Below are positions 63,034 through 64,000 of a stretch of DNA of 64,000 bases, one piece after another. The stretch spans positions 38,491 through 102,490 of the forward strand of contig CAZREG010000004.1 of NCBI GenBank assembly GCA_964599075.1. The letters run 5' to 3'. The notes below the pieces were generated by a model. It was not told where the DNA came from and made no database searches. It was given only the letters and a program-made list of their open reading frames with translations. Every line of letters starts with the position of its first letter. Within the stretch, counting starts at the first letter, position 1. The translations under genes and the position numbers were made by a program. The DNA comes from an uncultured Spirochaetaceae bacterium. GTDB lineage: Bacteria > Spirochaetota > Spirochaetia > DSM-27196 > SLST01.

Positions 63034-64000
63034 ATGCGTCGGCTCATTGCCCTCACTCTCCTGTTCTCCGGTGTTTCGCTGCTCGCGCAGACCGACCCTG
63101 CTCCGTCGTTTGCACTTATTGTAAGTGATGGTTCTTCGGCAGAGATCGTCAATGACGGACGTAGCCGGACATTGCGCAGCGGTCCTGACGGCGGCGAACG
63201 GGTAATTCTTGATGGAGCGCGGGTAACCAACAGCGGCGAGACGCTTCTTCAGATTCAGCTGTTTCCCGGGGGGCAACAAGTGCTGCTCTCCCAGAACAGC
63301 ACCGTAGTTCTTGAAGATGCAGGGGCAGGAGGGATCTCTCTCTCTTACGGTCGCATTCTTGTCTCAAATGGATTCGCGGGAACCGCAATCAATGTAGAGA
63401 CACTCATTGGAGTCGCTCGGACGGACGCCGGACTTCTTGCCGCAGAACAGTTCGTTTCCTCTGCCACGGGTTTGGCTATCGAACGTTTCGCACTGCTCGA
63501 AGGCACAGGAGCGCTTGAGTTCGCAGAGGGTGGGTCGGTTGTACTCTCGGCAGGCGAGCTTGTTGAAGCGGCAGGTCGGCAGACGAGACCGATTCCTCAA
63601 GATATCCGGAACTTCTGGGGTTCAATCACTATGTCCGAGGCCATAGCTCTCACGTCCGTCACCGACCGGATGCCGGGTGTTGAAGGGCGACTTATTTCCG
63701 TGTTTGGTGCTGTTCCTGAGTACCTGGTGGAGAAGGTCGTGGAGGTCGAGCCCGAAGCGGATCCCGTGCCGGAGGTCCAGGAAACGGAACCGATCGCTGA
63801 CGCCCCCGCGCAGCCGGCGTTTGAAGCTGAGCCCCAGAACAACGAAGCTCTACCGGCTTCCCAAAGGACGACTCCAACCCCACCCGTCGTCGAGGATGGC
63901 CCAAACAACGAACTGTTCGCCGGAGTCGGTGTGAGTTTCGTAGGCGCCGGCGTGATCACTAGCGCCGTGGGGTTTGGCTACTCATGGTTTGGCGGAACGT
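63034..64000 (+). CDS. secreted protein (FecR-like beta region, Pro/Glu-rich linker, then a Gly-rich hydrophobic segment), 3'-truncated by the window edge
   Basis: This ORF is not in the supplied ORF track. My own frame-1 translation from the ATG at 63034 is open to nt 64000. It begins MRRLIALTLLFSGVSLLAQ, includes ...IVSDGSSAEIVNDG...VILDGARV...LLSQNSTVVLED..., and ends ...GVGVSFVGAGVITSAVGFGYSWFGG. Confidence 0.6.
   Translation, partial: MRRLIALTLLFSGVSLLAQTDPAPSFALIVSDGSSAEIVNDGRSRTLRSGPDGGERVILDGARVTNSGETLLQIQLFPGGQQVLLSQNSTVVLEDAGAGGISLSYGRILVSNGFAGTAINVETLIGVARTDAGLLAAEQFVSSATGLAIERFALLEGTGALEFAEGGSVVLSAGELVEAAGRQTRPIPQDIRNFWGSITMSEAIALTSVTDRMPGVEGRLISVFGAVPEYLVEKVVEVEPEADPVPEVQETEPIADAPAQPAFEAEPQNNEALPASQRTTPTPPVVEDGPNNELFAGVGVSFVGAGVITSAVGFGYSWFGGT

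Noticed and set aside
62974-63279. 102-codon 5' extension of the 62011..63279 track ORF.
   Set aside because: It overlaps the signal-peptide gene starting at 63034 on the other strand and both predicted promoters. The extension is Arg/Lys/Cys-rich and featureless. The ATG at 62973 has the recurrent -10-plus-6-nt geometry.
1-64000. Scan for tRNA/rRNA genes, CRISPR repeats, IS elements, integrases, toxin-antitoxin pairs and known defence-system genes.
   Set aside because: Intergenic regions are nearly all under 110 nt. The one 237-nt region (21239-21475) holds only promoter-like sequence. I saw no repeated spacer-repeat pattern, cloverleaf-like sequence, transposase or recombinase motifs. A proper tRNAscan, Infernal or defence-HMM run was not possible here.

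Overview
GC-rich (by eye high-50s % GC, not computed), very tightly packed bacterial chromosomal segment with about 52 protein-coding genes. I found no rRNA, tRNA, CRISPR array, transposase, integrase or phage-like genes by eye. Content is mainly housekeeping and envelope functions of a diderm bacterium. Left to right: xthA, an FAD-linked oxidase, an ABC-F ATPase, three uncharacterised secreted or lipoproteins, a membrane protein/DUF2400/rubredoxin operon, aroK-aroC, a 958-aa zincin plus beta-propeller protein, and a REC-PAS-GGDEF-EAL regulator. Then come nqrBCDEF (no nqrA), a PNPOx-like gene leading a pdhA-pdhB-E2-lpdA operon that continues into an AI-2E permease, trpS and a HAD::MutY-like fusion, a phosphohexomutase and an Omp85-like barrel. 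Next are a REC-STAS-like-REC protein with a hybrid histidine kinase, dapL, a GAF/fRMsr-like protein, an AEC permease, dinB coupled to an M28-like polytopic membrane protein, a nitroreductase, murE, hflKC, an M32 carboxypeptidase and a GH65 phosphorylase. The window ends with metG followed by TlpA-like, FGE-domain and 652-aa unknown genes, an adenosine-deaminase-family gene, murD, a 320-aa unknown, and one ORF missing from the supplied track because it runs off the right edge (63034..64000). Gene content (DapL, many TPR/lipobox proteins, FGE-like lipoprotein) is reminiscent of free-living Spirochaetia or a related diderm lineage, but I cannot prove taxonomy from this window. The strongest sequence-level signal is regulatory. 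At 12 to 14 operon-leading genes a -10-like hexamer sits only 5-8 nt upstream of the ATG with no Shine-Dalgarno, which suggests widespread leaderless transcription. This also corrects several start codons in the ORF track. I see no mobile or defence island. The candidates for new biology are modest: the nqrA-less NQR operon with an extra 155-aa ORF and a dyad operator, the cluster-less MutY-like fusion, the M28-like membrane protein coupled to dinB, and the TlpA/FGE/652-aa module. All functional calls come from motif recognition by eye. No database search was run.
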